Shown here in pieces: positions 12,786 through 24,889 of a stretch of DNA of 64,000 nucleotides. The stretch is from NCBI RefSeq assembly GCF_036321535.1, contig NC_087436.1, positions 108,812,001 to 108,876,000 of the forward strand. The letters are read 5' to 3'. The notes beneath the pieces were generated by a model that was given only the letters and a program-made list of their open reading frames with translations, was not told the DNA's origin and made no database searches. A program made the translations under genes and the position numbers. Origin of the DNA: Camelus dromedarius. Lineage: Eukaryota. Position 1 is the first letter of the stretch; every line of letters begins with the position of its first letter.

Positions 12786-14756
12786 ACTTTCTTTTTGATT
12801 TTACCTTCACACAGTTCTCAGAGGAGCACTGAGAAGTGAGGGGGAAAAGGGAAACAGTGCAGTTCCGTGAGAGCCTCAGCATGAGTCCCCTTCGCACCCC
12901 TCTTCCCTAGATGGGAGCAGTGTCGATATCCACTTGGACTTCGATTCACTTGGGCGCACCGTTGCTCATACAGTGTAGGCGTGCGCTAAGTAATGATGGG
13001 GACAGAAGGAAGGTTTACTCAGTTCCTAGTGGGAATTCTTTTTCTTTTTCAGCTACATTGACGTCATTCCAATAAGCTCCTATTGTCTCTTCCTCTGTGA
13101 ACTGTAGTCTGGTGCTTGACTTGAGTCTTGGCTATAGATCGGGGCCCATCAAGGGACTCCATTCTGATCATTGGAGAAAAGTCCAATTTATGGAAGTTTG
13201 ATAGTTAATGAAAAACCATGTCACCACTGGCTCTGAGTGACAGGTCCGTAGGCAGTCCCTGCTCTCCATTCTCTGTGATCCAGGTGCACCTATCATGCAC
13301 CTTCCCAAGTGGATCACCTTCAAAAGGAGTGATAGTCCTTGCACACCAGAGGGTGACGGTGGGGGACAAGGGGTGGGCTGGGCACCACCAGGCACACACT
13401 CTTATTGACTCCTTGGTGTGTACTCAGTATTAAGCTACGTACTACAGGGCATTCAAAAGCCGGAGAAGATAAGCTTCTGCTGGAGCTTACAGTCCAAATG
13501 GGGAGAAAATGCTTACTGTCATGAATTTATTTAAAAGTAATTTATCCTTGAAAGTATTAAATAGTCATATTTTAAATGGCATACACATCCCCAGAGGTAT
13601 TGTATTCTTACATATATGTAAACCATGGTTACATATACTATAGGTAGTCCTTGAGAGCCAAATGAAATTGCTTTGATTCCTCCTCAGATCCCCCTCCTTC
13701 CAACCCCAATTCCATGGCCTGTAGAAGTCTATGGTGTCCAAAGATTTCTGCTGACTCCAGCCTCTTCAAATCTGTCCACCTTGGTTGCTACCTCTGTCCA
13801 ACCTCATGCAGATGAGAAACTCATCTTTTGGTATCCACAAAAAAACTTTACTCAGAGAATTGTAACTCTAGTTGCCTTTTCAGAATATTTTTTATAGGGT
13901 TCTGGCATGCATACTGCACAAAAACTTCCACCATCTCTCTGACTCCATGGGGCCTCTCTCTATCCCATCTCTGCTCCTCACCACTCCCCTTACCTGGGCT
14001 TCCAAAATTTTTCCTTCCATTGCTCCTCTGAAGCCTGGTCCTCTGCTGACACCCAGGCCTTTGTAGGGGTGGACTGGATGGGGAGGGAGGCGATATAAGG
14101 GAGATGGGTGCTTACCATCTCGCATCATACATCGTGATGTGTCATCAACCAAGATAACACAAATAAACAAGAATAAAGAGAAAGGGGCTTTGAATATTAG
14201 GCCAGAAAATTATTAGTTAAGCCATAGGTGCAGCAGTTTGCAGGCTGCAGAGGGGGAAGCACTTACAGTGAAGTAGCTGCCCTGACCACCAACAGCAGCA
14301 AACCACTGAGCAGTGAGGACGGGAAGGGAGAAGAGGTGAAAAAGACCAAGTTTTGGCTGAAAGTAAGTGCTAGGAGAAGGCTCATCATGGAAGAGAACTT
14401 CCAGCGCATTCCTGGGAACACCCAAACTTCCTTGCTCTGGTTCAGAGATCTTGTAATAAGCAGACCTTTTCCTGTGTAACACTGGATTACGCATCAGATA
14501 CAAAACAGCTGTCAAACAAAGAACTTAACCAACCTCTTAGCATCCCTGCGCTCCTCCGCTGTTGCTATATTGTCCCTCCACTGCCTTCACTGTAGGTCTC
14601 TCCACTTGGGGTCCAGCTGCCTTTCATGCCATTTGTTGCAAACTGGAGTAATGATCACCACCATCCTTAACCCTCGGGGCCAGCATCTCTGCAGCCTGTC
14701 TTCCACAAGCAGCACTTCGTGACAAATTGCCCAGGCTCCAAAATCTGCATTCATGG

Positions 14757-14982
14757 CTTTGTTTGATTTTTTTTTCCCCTTTTCCTACTTGTCCTCTTTT
14801 CTTCCTTTGCTTGTTTTCCCTCTCTTTTCCCAACCCCTTTCCCACCCTTTTGACCTCTTGTCTATTTCTTCGTTCCTCCATCCTCTCCCTCTTCCTTTAC
14901 TTCCTTTGTCTCTTCTCCTTGTCAGTTCTAGTCTTTCGCTTCTTCCCCTGCCTTCCTTTCCCTATTTTTTTCTCTTCTCTCT
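14757..14982 (+). repeat. CT-rich low-complexity tract
   Basis: About 225 nt of mostly C/T. Confidence 0.9.
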
Positions 14983-15713
14983 GCATTGTTATTCTACCCC
15001 ATCCCATGAGATAAATTTCCATCAGAACCGAATGTGCCCAAAGCATATTTTATATACTTCTTTAAATGAAATGACTTCACAGTTTGCTCAGAAAATATTA
15101 ATCAATGTCTCTGATAAATAAAACAAGAGTGGCCCTTTAATTTTTATTGATTTTCCTGTAGTCCCTCTAATAAATATGCCCTAAAATATAGCAAGAAAGG
15201 CCCTAGAGCAGGGCAGCAGTGCCCTTATTTTACAGGATGACAGCAATCTGAACCCGCTTAGCATCGAAGAAAGCAAACCAACCACCCTTGGTTTCCTGAA
15301 CACCAATTATCTCAAGCCCTTAAGATCAAAAAATCATTTTCAGGCAACCAATTGAGATATTCATCTTTAATGAAACCTTTTAAAACTCTCCATATTTTGA
15401 TTAAATGGATAAACTATTCATCAACATCTTACAAGAAAGTCACACTTACGTGAAATTAGTTGAACTTGGCAAGGCACCCCTTCAAGTAAAGCTTCCCGGA
15501 GCCGCCCAGTCTTTTTCCAGTGTTATGTCTCTGACAACATTTCTCCCACATAGACTGTTAATATAAACGGGAAATGGGAGAAGAAGGGGAGAGAGGGTTT
15601 CTCAGTCGCTCGCCCTGTCTCACCCACTGAGTCATCCCCACATCTTTATTTCACTTACCACACGCTGACTGAGTTTTCAAACGTAGGCAGCTGATAGAAA
15701 TGGAGAATGTAAC

Positions 15714-15903
15714 ACTGTGTTCCTCGGCCTTTACTGCGCCCCAGAACCACCCGAAGGGCTTGTTGAAGCAGATGGATTGCTGGGTCCCAACCTGAAAGAT
15801 TATGATTTAGTAGGTCTGCAATTGGGGTGGAGAATTCACCTGCTCATCTGTTCCCGTGACGCTGGTGCTGCCTGGCTGGGAACCACGCTCTGAGAATCAC
15901 CGA
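15714..15903. mobile_element. MER5A-like hAT MITE
   Basis: cagaaccacccgaagggcttgttgaagcagat...gattatgatttagtaggtctg...gggaaccacgctctgagaatcaccg. Confidence 0.8.
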
Positions 15904-16259
15904 CAGAGCGCAGGCACCGCAAACACTGGTGTCCCTCAGACCCCAAATCTTACTCGTTTAGGCAGATTCCGTGGCCTGTGCATCCTTATCTCTACAAATT
16001 GGGATGATGATGACTACATTGCATGGGTTTTGTCTTTATTTTGTTCTGTTTCTGTTTTTGTTTAAATAAATGGAGGCAATAAACACGAAGTTCAACAAAA
16101 AAGAGTTATTATTAGTGTGGTCCTACATAATCAGCCTCAGCTTGGGTTCCATCCAAGTGCAGTCGTCGTGGTTGGCCTATTCTGTTCCTCCCAGCAGTGT
16201 TTCGGGTTTTGAGCCACATAACTATGTATTAAAAAAGATGCAGAAAGATGGAAGATACT

Positions 16260-16439
16260 AGCTACACATCGGCAGTCTCATGTTACAGTCATCTGGGGAG
16301 CTTTAAAAACTACGAATAGCTGGGCACCATGCTTGACCGTTCTGATGTCACTGCTCCCAGAAGAGGCTTGAGCATCAGGATTTATAAAGCCCTCCAGAAA
16401 TTACTGTGTACAGCCAAGATTGAGAGCCACTGAACTAGA
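16260..16439. mobile_element. MER5-like hAT MITE
   Basis: gtcatctggggagctttaaaaac...cagccaagattgagagccactg. Confidence 0.7.
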
Positions 16440-17165
16440 TGCGTAAAATCCCAGCCATAAAGGCGCTTCCATCACAAACAGAATCGACCTGCTTGTGATG
16501 AGCCCTAAAATGTCAAGTATCAATAGTTCATCTGGCTACACTGGAAACTTAGGAAATCCTCAGTGAGTGGGATGTGTGTGCAGATGGGCAGCCCAGGTCT
16601 TACCTGTGATGGTTCTGATTCAGTTAAATCGGTGATGATGCTTAATGATCTTTTTTTTTAAACTTCTTAATTTTAAAAATTCTCATTTTAATAGACCACT
16701 AACAGAAGGTCATTTTGAAAAACACGGACCTAGAAGGTCGGCCGAGTGTCTATACAGATGATTCATAAATCTGCTTTGCTGCTCTCTTTCAAAATCCGGC
16801 GTAACTTCAGTCAGTGTTAGGTGATAATGACTGCTCTACTGGGATGTTAAGTTTTTATATGGACATTCCTCTGTGATATTTCCTCTCATCAATTAATAAT
16901 TTACAGCATATTCTTCCCATTTTTTAAGGCACAGGATGAAAGATAGTTGGAAGAGTTAGACCTAGTATGTTTTGGACACCTGGCTGCTTCCAGTCCCAAA
17001 TCTTTCCCTGTCTCCTTTTCTTTCACTATTTTGAATTACAATAGGTCAGAATATCCTTTGGATTCAAATACATCTTTAAGATATGACTTTATTACTTGTT
17101 AATGTCATTCTTCCCCGAAAATGTTAAGTGTTAACATTCTTTTTTACCTAAAAGTGCAAGATGCT

Positions 17166-18254
17166 TGTATTAGTTTTCTTTTGGATGTAGCAAATTACCA
17201 CATATTTAATGATGTAAAAAAAGCACGCACATTCATTATCTCACAGTTTGGAAGCTCAGGAGTCCAGAAATGACTTAAATGGGTCCTCTGCATGGGGCCT
17301 CGTAAGGCTACAATCCAGGGATTGGTTAGGCTGCGTTTCTTTCTGGATTCTGGGGTCCTCTTCCAAGCTCAAGGGGGTGTTGGCAGACTTCATTTCCTTG
17401 TGGTTATATTTCTGAGATCCCCATTCATTTGCTAGCTGTCAACCTGGGGCCACTCATCTCCCAGAGGCTGCCCATTGTCCCTTACCAATGGCCTTCTTAC
17501 AGACACTTAACATGGAAGCTCACTTCTTGCAAAGTCAGCAAGAGAGGGTGTCTCTACTCTGCAGAACAGAGACTTACATAGTGTAACTTAATCTTGTGTC
17601 TAACACCTCCCATCACCCTTGTGTTGCTGAAGAACTGGCCTCTGTACCCTAATAATTGAATTGCGACTTGGAGGCAGAGTTTGGGGAGAATTAGAAAAGA
17701 ACAGCTTTATTGCTTTGCCAGGCAAAGGGGAGTCACACAGGCAAATGCCTTAGGGGCTGTGAATCCATCTTGGGGTTGGAGTCTAGAGATTTTATAGAAA
17801 AATGGGTTAGAACAAAAAGGCGACAGCAATCAGGGCATTTTCAGGGGTGCTGTTTTCTTCTTAATCTTTGTGAATCCACCTGGCATCCCAGAGAAACTCT
17901 GGAGGGTCTGTTCATTCTTCTGAAGCTATCAGCCCATGACCACCTTCCCGGAGCCCAGCTTCTGGGTTAAAAGATAAGCTGTTCTGGATAAAGAATGTAT
18001 AGGGAGTGAGGAGTGTAATGGGAAGGTTGGGGGCTGTTTAGCACAAAAGCAGTTGAGCAGGTGAAGCAGTGATGGGGGTTTGTCAGAGAAAAGAGAAAAA
18101 CAAGTTGTAAACATTTTGAGTCAGAATGAATCAGCAAACAGCTTTAGCATCAGGGAAGTCATTTCATTAGTTAGTTTCTTATTCTTTCACTTGCTCATCC
18201 CCGCACTCAAGGCAAAGGGATTAAGAAGGGTGTGAGGTACCGGGCATCACCACA
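17166..18254 (-). mobile_element. MaLR LTR (MLT1F/E-like), split by a younger ERV LTR
   Basis: tgtattagttttc...gcaaattaccac...tcctcttccaagctc...cctcccatcaccctt, then the insert, then ccgcactcaaggcaaagggatt...caccaca. Confidence 0.8.
17622..18189 (-). mobile_element. Class I (ERV1/gamma-like) solo LTR, 568 bp
   Basis: TG...CA termini with a perfect 4-bp TSD CTTG (17618-17621 and 18190-18193). The minus strand starts TGAAAGA and carries TATAAA (17790-17795) and AATAAA (17706-17711) in U3-R-U5 order. Confidence 0.88.
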
Positions 18255-18759
18255 GGTGTCCATCACAGCGGCTGTTCGTGAGGAGGCAGCCACCTCTATG
18301 GAGTAAAGCTGCTAAATTTGGTCTGAAGTCATATTTCAAGCACATGATCCCACCCTTAGGGCTGTGCCTGCAATCCAGACATCTCCTTAGGGATTTTACC
18401 AAAAGTGGCACCAACCTTTTCCTTGATTTCTGCAAGAGATTTGATGTTATGGCCAAAGGAATCAGCCTGAGATGAGAGTTCTTTGATAAGGCTTCTCTAT
18501 CCTACTCAAAGTGCTTGAGAACTTCTCTACTTTAAAAATAGACGAAGGGAACTGAGGTTGAAATTATAGGGATCTACATTTTTGACAAAACACGTGTACA
18601 TAGAAAGCTCTAAATCTCACTTACGGTGGGGAGGGAGAGGAGGGGAGTTTAGCACATGCATGGGAAAGAGTGGATAAGGTGGTTAGGATCGAGAAATAAG
18701 CTGCTAATTGTAGAAGGCAATTTCTCTTTTGTCATGAGCCTTCCAAGTTACTCTTGAGG

Positions 18760-18935
18760 CTTTTATAGACTGATTGTGTGACCTTCAGTAAATCACTTCA
18801 CCCCAGGCAGCTTCTGTTTCCCTGTCAGCAAATTAGGGATTAAGATCTTCCTTTCCAACCTTCCTTTCCAAAACCAATAATTGGTTTTGTTCCACTCTTG
18901 AAAGACTCAGATAAAAGATCTTCCTTAAGTGCGAA
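18760..18935 (+). mobile_element. MIR fragment
   Basis: tgtgtgaccttcagtaaatcacttcacccc...cttctgtttccctgtcagcaaattagggat. Confidence 0.6.
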
Positions 18936-19961
18936 GTATTACCTATGTACTTTAGAATCAAGGTATAAGAACGGAGTTAAAATGTTATTTCCTATGCCCT
19001 AGCAGAGTTCTCTGTCAGATTTCCAAGAAGCAGGACTCTCTGAAGAGAAGGTTGTCTACAGGTCTAAGCAGATAAACATGGCTGCCCTTCTGACTCCCAA
19101 GTTCTGGGAAATCGCAGGTGCTCTCCTGGGCTCAGACCTCTCAAATGCCATTCTTGTACCTTGAGCAGGTAGTTTAGCCTTGCAGGACATCATATTCTCT
19201 TTTGAAGATTCAGATATTACTACTGGTGTGGATGAGAAGATGATGAGAAACGCTTTGCACAATCCCTTTCATTCAGGGTGTGAAAACAGACGTGACTGCC
19301 CTTTGGTTTTCTCCTCCCATTCTTCTAAGTGCAAAGGTAACTAAAATGCATTAGGAAGACCCGTGATGCCATCTTGAACTATATTGCCTTAAGCATGAAT
19401 TTATGCTACATGTATTCTGTGGCAATCGGATGCTTCTTGGTTTATCTATTTCTTATTTATTTCAAACCAAGTACGATGCTAAACATTTGAAGTAATACTG
19501 GGGGTATAAATGGAGATATGTAAGTGTCATATCTACAATCAACTCCCCATTCCACCTCGCTGGAGGTAACCACTTTTAACTTTCTTCTTTATTCTCATAG
19601 GTATTTTTACAGGCATGTATTCATATGTATGTGGCAGGGGCAGGGGGAGATTCTTTTGACACATATCCTACAGATTAAGTATTTTTAGTTAACAGTGAGC
19701 AATTAATCATGAACGTTTAATTCTATTTTGCAATAACTATTATACCCATGTTGGTCCAGAAGTCCCTATTTTGGGACACTTTGGTCTGATGGGATGACAC
19801 ACCAACTCTCGGCATCCTCTTTGTTTGCTTGGGAATCCCACTAGGGAAGGCAGGGGTGTAAACCCTGCCCTCTACTCCACCCTTATTCCAAGAGGGATTT
19901 GCCCTTGAAGGGCTAACTCTTCCCCACACCACTAGCCATCACTCCTCCTCTCCCTCTACCA

Positions 19962-20052
19962 AAAACAAACAAACAAACAAACAAACAAACAAACAAAACA
20001 AAACAAAACAAAACCCTCAAGGGGAAAAAAAAAAAAAAAAAAAGAAAGAAAA
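19962..20052 (+). repeat. (CAAA)n/(CAAAA)n microsatellite followed by poly(A)
   Basis: Directly visible. Confidence 0.95.
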
Positions 20053-20580
20053 GTGGCCTGAAGACCCTCATTTCTGTTGAATTTATGAGCTCCCTAAAAA
20101 CCATGTCCTGGGCCTCATTCACCTTGACATTCCCCACTCCTAACTCCGGGTGTCTGGCTCATTGTATCGCTCTCCGTACTTGATTTTGGAATTAAAGTAC
20201 TAGACCCTGATCACAGATAAAAGTCATCCTGCATCATCTCCATAGTGCCTAAATTTTAAAATAAATTTTACTTTCTTTAAGTAAAATGTGTATGCAGGAT
20301 ATTTAACTCAGCTTTGCCTATTAAACCTGTTTGTTTTTTTCTCAATGAGTGTAATAAATTCTTCTTATGAATTATCTAAATGCAACAAATTTGGAGGAAA
20401 CTGAATTTTATTTTATTCTTAAGTATATAGGAAGGCTATTCTCTCAGCCTCTCCTGAAGCCACACAGGGCTGTCACACTGAGTTCTGAACAATGGATGTG
20501 GGCATAAGGGCTGTTGCTACTCCAGGACAGGCTGGACATTCTTCTTTGCTCCACCAAACTAGAGAATGGCAAGGAGGAAA

Positions 20581-21265
20581 GTTACGTCGGAAGTCCCACG
20601 TCACTCCCCAGGTGATTTGCTAGCAAGACTCACAGGACACCGTGTGTAGTCATGTTCACAGCTCTGATCTATTACAGCAGAAGGGTACACGGCAAAATCA
20701 GCAAAGGGAAAGGGTGCACGGGGCCACGCTTGGAGGACGCCAGATGCAAACTTACGAGTCCTTTCCTAGTGGAGTCATGCAGGATATGTTCAGTTTCCCC
20801 AGCAGAAACGTTGTCTACTAAGGAAGATCGTTAGGCACTCAGCTTTTATTGGGGCTAGTCTTGTAGGCACCCTCTGTCTAGCACGGACCAAAATTCAGAC
20901 CTCCAGGAGGTTCAGTGGGGTCAGAAAGGGGAGGTCCAATCCAACAGGAGTAGAGTCCTTATAAGAAGAAGGAGGGACACCAGGGATGTGTGTGCACAGA
21001 GGAGAGGCCTTGTGAGGATGAAGTGAGAAGGCAGCCAAAGCTGCAAACCAAGGGGAGAGGCCCCAGGAGGAACCAGCCCTGGCTCCTAGATGGCCAGCCT
21101 CCAGACCTGTAAGAAAATAAATTTCCATTGTTTAAACCACCCAGTCTGTGGCATTTTGTTACAACCTCCCTAGTAGACTAGTAGATCAGTCAAGGGCCCA
21201 CCTTGCAAGCAGACCTTTCCAAGGACAGGAGTCTCACTCCTGCAGTGGTAACTCATCTCTACACA
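20581..21265 (-). mobile_element. MER21-like LTR, interrupted by a MaLR LTR fragment
   Basis: gactcacaggac...attacagcagaagggtacacggcaaaatcagcaaagggaaa...gtaggcaccctctgtctagcac, and the terminal piece caagggcccaccttgcaagcagacctttccaaggac...tacaca. Confidence 0.8.
20911..21184 (+). mobile_element. MLT1A/B-like LTR, 3' part
   Basis: gtccttataagaaga...cagcctccagacctgtaagaaaataaatttccattgtttaaaccacccagtctgtggcattttgtta. Confidence 0.85.
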
Positions 21266-21269
21266 AACC

Positions 21270-21450
21270 TGTACCTATTCTGGAGTAAAATGTTCTGTTT
21301 ACCACTTGGCAAGATACAGGAACTTCACTTATGTCATCTGCAAAGTTGGAGACACAGCATCTCATGGATGCTTTGCAAAGATAATGAATGTGAAGCACAG
21401 AGCTCAGAACCCATCTCATGATAGCGCTCCGAGTGTAGCTGTTATTATTC
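21270..21450 (+). mobile_element. MIR fragment
   Basis: cttggcaagatac...tcatctgcaaagttggaga...gatagcgctccgagtgtagctgttattatt. Confidence 0.55.
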
Positions 21451-21847
21451 TTCCATCACCATTATTATCATTAGCACCATTGTCATCCTGTTCCTCTGAC
21501 TCATGTTACTGTCTAGAAGCGCTTTCTTAAATTGTCTTTGCCCACACCCTTCCCCAAAGACACACTGGGAAATAGCGCACTTTATTTTGGTTTTATTTTA
21601 CTCTGCCTTTTGAATTCTTGGAGAAACTGACATAGTATTTCTCATAATGATTTCCTTACTGAGATTTTGTGAAAATCAAAAGCAGTAACATAGTTGGTGA
21701 TGTTTTAAACATAAAATGCAACCTAGAGATGTAGGTGGATTTAAAAAACAACTTACATAAAAGCAATCCTTACAGAAAGCAAAAATTCCCCGGAAGTGCT
21801 TCTAAAATCTTCTAGATTTTTTTTTATCCATTTATCCACAACAATCC

Positions 21848-22238
21848 TGTAAGTAAGATCAAATTTTATTTTTCTCTCAAATCACAGGTGGGTTGGCCCA
21901 GTCTGATGGAGCAGTTTTGCTCCATCAGGACACTCAGGGATCCAGATTCCTTCCAGCCCGTTGCCCACGTCCCCTGGCTGGGCTGCTGGCCCCATCCGCG
22001 TTGTGCAAACCAGATCACTCTCACGCTCATGTCCTGAGGGAAGGTGAAAGAACTATAGAGCGGGGCAGGCGGCTTGTCTTAATTTAGAGAGAACACAGAA
22101 GTTACGTGTGTCACTCACTTACATCTCATGGGCTCACTAGTCACATGAGCTGCCCGGGGAAGCGAGGAAATGTAGTCTGGACAGCAGGGTATGTTCACAG
22201 AAGGAGACTCTGGGTTAGGGCAACAACCAGCACTCTGC
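21848..22238 (-). mobile_element. Old MaLR LTR, MLT1J-like
   Basis: ttttatttttctctca...cagggatccagattccttccag...tagtcacatg...ggaaatgtagtct...ggcaacaaccagcactctg. Confidence 0.65.
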
Positions 22239-23450
22239 AGAAGTCAGTAAAGCCTCCTGCTACTGAATTTTTCTGGAGAATCCTATTGGTTTCTTATGTT
22301 AGTTCAATTAATCCTCCTAAGACTTTTTTTTTTTTTTTTTTAGTCTGAGAACAATATGTCTGCTGACTTCAAACTCACATATCCCTTGAAGGATCAAGAT
22401 TTTTAAAAATAATAATATTAATGTCTCTGTCTTCTGAATACTTCGGGACTTCCTACTTCCCTTAGCACTGTGTAAGAAATGAATACAGAACAAGGTCAAA
22501 AGCTGCTTCATCTAAAGGTTTGTTGATACAAATTGCTTACTTGGAACCCAGTCTTTACATTCCAGGACCCAGGCACAGGGTGGCGGTAAGACCGCTGTGT
22601 GAATCAACTTTACCAGCATTACTCCCCCTCATTCTTTGTGGAAGAACTAATTGGTTCACATAAATAGATCACTGGGAGCCCAATAAATACATTTTCAAAT
22701 GCACTACATGTTCCTTAAAGAGGCTGCTGTGCAACTTTGGATGTTTTGTGGCTGAAACTAACAACAAATCTGGGGCACCATCCGTCACCGCAAGCTGCTG
22801 GCAGTGAACCTGTCCCATAAAGTCAGATCCGTTTCCATCTTGTCACAACCCCACTTCAGCGTGTTCATTAATAGGAGCCTAACTGGCAGTCATTCCCGTG
22901 ACCCTGGCAGGCAGTCAAATCTTCATTAAAATAAAATAAGTTGCCAAAACTTTGTCTTTTCAATGCTACATTTGAGTTAAGTTGTGTTAGACTATAAATC
23001 CTCTTAAATCTGTGCTGAATAATTTAACTGGAGGGAAATACAAAGAAATGTGTCAAAAAGAAAATGAGATAGAATCAGTAATTTCCTTTTCTATGCACAT
23101 TCTAATGAGTTATGCTTAATGTATGACATTCCAACTCCCATAGAATGTTAGGAGGTTGAGTCAAAACCACTCATGTCAAGCTCCCCTTGGTTGTGAATTC
23201 TTCCCACAAACATGTACGGGGCACCGATCATGTACTGAATGCTTGTCATATGCCAGGAACTTTGCTAATTTTGGATATAGATTTATGAATCTGAGAGAAC
23301 TGTCCTCTACTCAGAGATACTAGAGTTTGGCATAGAAAGTACATAATTAATAAGAAAGGGAAAAAAATTAAGTGCACAGTGTGGTACATTCAGTAAAGGA
23401 AAGGACAGCTCTGTGAGCAAGGCCCATGTGGGCACAGAGGAAGTAGAAGT

Positions 23451-23790
23451 CGTGATGGTTGAAGTTTACCTGTTGACGGGGGTTAGGCCATGGTGCCCAG
23501 TTGCTCATTCAAGCACCAGTCTAGATGCGGCCGTGAACCTATTCTGTAGGTGTGATTAACATCTACAGTCAGTTGAGTTTAAGTAAAGAAGATGACCCTT
23601 GATAATCTGGTTTGCCTCGTCCAATCCATTGAAGGCCTTAAGAACAAATTTTGAGGTTTCCCTGAAAAGAAAGAATTGTGCCTCAATACTGTAACAGAGT
23701 TTCCAGCCTACCAGCACCCCCTGAAGATTTTAGACTTGCCAGTCTCACAATCCAATGAACCAATTCCTTAAAATCCTCAATCTCTCTCCC

Positions 23791-23832
<42 letters not shown>

Positions 23833-23891
23833 GCGCACACACACACACACACACAGTTCTGTTTCTCTGTAGGCCAGCCCTAACTGATACT
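23451..23891 (+). mobile_element. ERVL LTR, MLT2C/D-like
   Basis: gtgatggtt...ggccatggtgcccagtt...caccagtctagatg...ccaatccattgaaggcctta...gttctgtttctctg...ccctaactgatac. Confidence 0.88.
23781..23855 (+). repeat. (CT)n(CA)n compound microsatellite within MLT2
   Basis: Directly visible, at the usual microsatellite-prone position of MLT2. Confidence 0.95.
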
Positions 23892-24536
23892 CAAAGCCTG
23901 TCATAATAAGTCTGGGTATTTTATGCCAGACCTAAAGAGAGAAGCACTCATGAAACAAGCAAGGAAAAAGTTATTTCCAGTTGAAGAAACAGCAAATGTG
24001 AAAGTCCCAAGCCAAGAAATGGGAGAGAGTGAGAGAGATTTATAAGGTGACATCCTCCAGGAGGGAGCATGGAGCAGGTCACACAGAGCCATGTGAGCTC
24101 GATTTGGCTCAAAGTGTGGCAAGAAGCCAGTGATAATTTAAGTAGGGGAGTGACATGGCCTGTGTTTTTAAGACACTATTTGACAGATAATGGGTTTGGT
24201 CAAGGAGGAAGAATGAAGAAGAGAAAAGCAGTAAGGAAGATATTGCAGGAGTCTGGCCAAAATGCGATGGTAAATTGGACTGAAAATTGTGGTAGTTGAG
24301 ATGTAAAGGAATGAAATGATTTGATCTGTATTTTGAAAATTTTTTAAATGACCAAATTTGATGATGGATTGAAAGTGACCAGGAGAGGAAGAGAAACAAT
24401 ACAGATGATTCCAAGTTTTCTGACTTAAGCAAATAAACAGATATGGAAGCCTTTTCACAGAAAAGCAGGGGGGAAAACGTTGAGTGAAGTGTTAAGACTC
24501 AGGGATCAGAAGTTCAGATTTAGTTTTATAAAGTTT

Positions 24537-24639
24537 TTCTGTTTTGTTTTATTTTTATTTTTTATTGAGGTGTTGATTTACAATGTTAGTTTCAGGTGTA
24601 CAGCAAAGTGATCCAGTTATACACATACATACACATATT

Positions 24640-24672
<33 letters not shown>

Positions 24673-24738
24673 CACATATATTTTCAGATTCTTTTCCATT
24701 TTAGCTTATTACAAGAAAATGAATATAGTTCCCTGTAC
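24537..24738 (-). mobile_element. Short 5'-truncated artiodactyl-type L1 3'UTR with internal (CA)n
   Basis: ttttattgaggtgttgatttacaatgttagtttcaggtgtacagcaaagtga...tatagttccctgt. Diverged 16-bp TSD tagttttataaagttt (24521-24536) / tagtcttgtgaagttt (24739-24754), 13/16 identical. Confidence 0.85.
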
Positions 24739-24889
24739 TAGTCTTGTGAAGTTTCATAAATTACGGTAGTTAGATATATGATTACAGAGCTAAGAGGGGT
24801 ATTTTGGGCTTAAGATATAAACTTAAGGGTCATCAGCATATAAGTGGTATGTAGGGTCATGAACATGGATGATTACTAAAAATTAGAGT

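Noticed and set aside
14101..14121. 7-bp hairpin gagatgg/ccatctc; similar 8-bp stem near 26811-26831
   Set aside because: Stems this short are expected by chance in 64 kb.
14624..15121. Hydrophobic or charged ORFs resembling membrane peptides
   Set aside because: Artefacts of the CT-rich tract. The same applies to the ORFs over the GA tract at 49208-49562.
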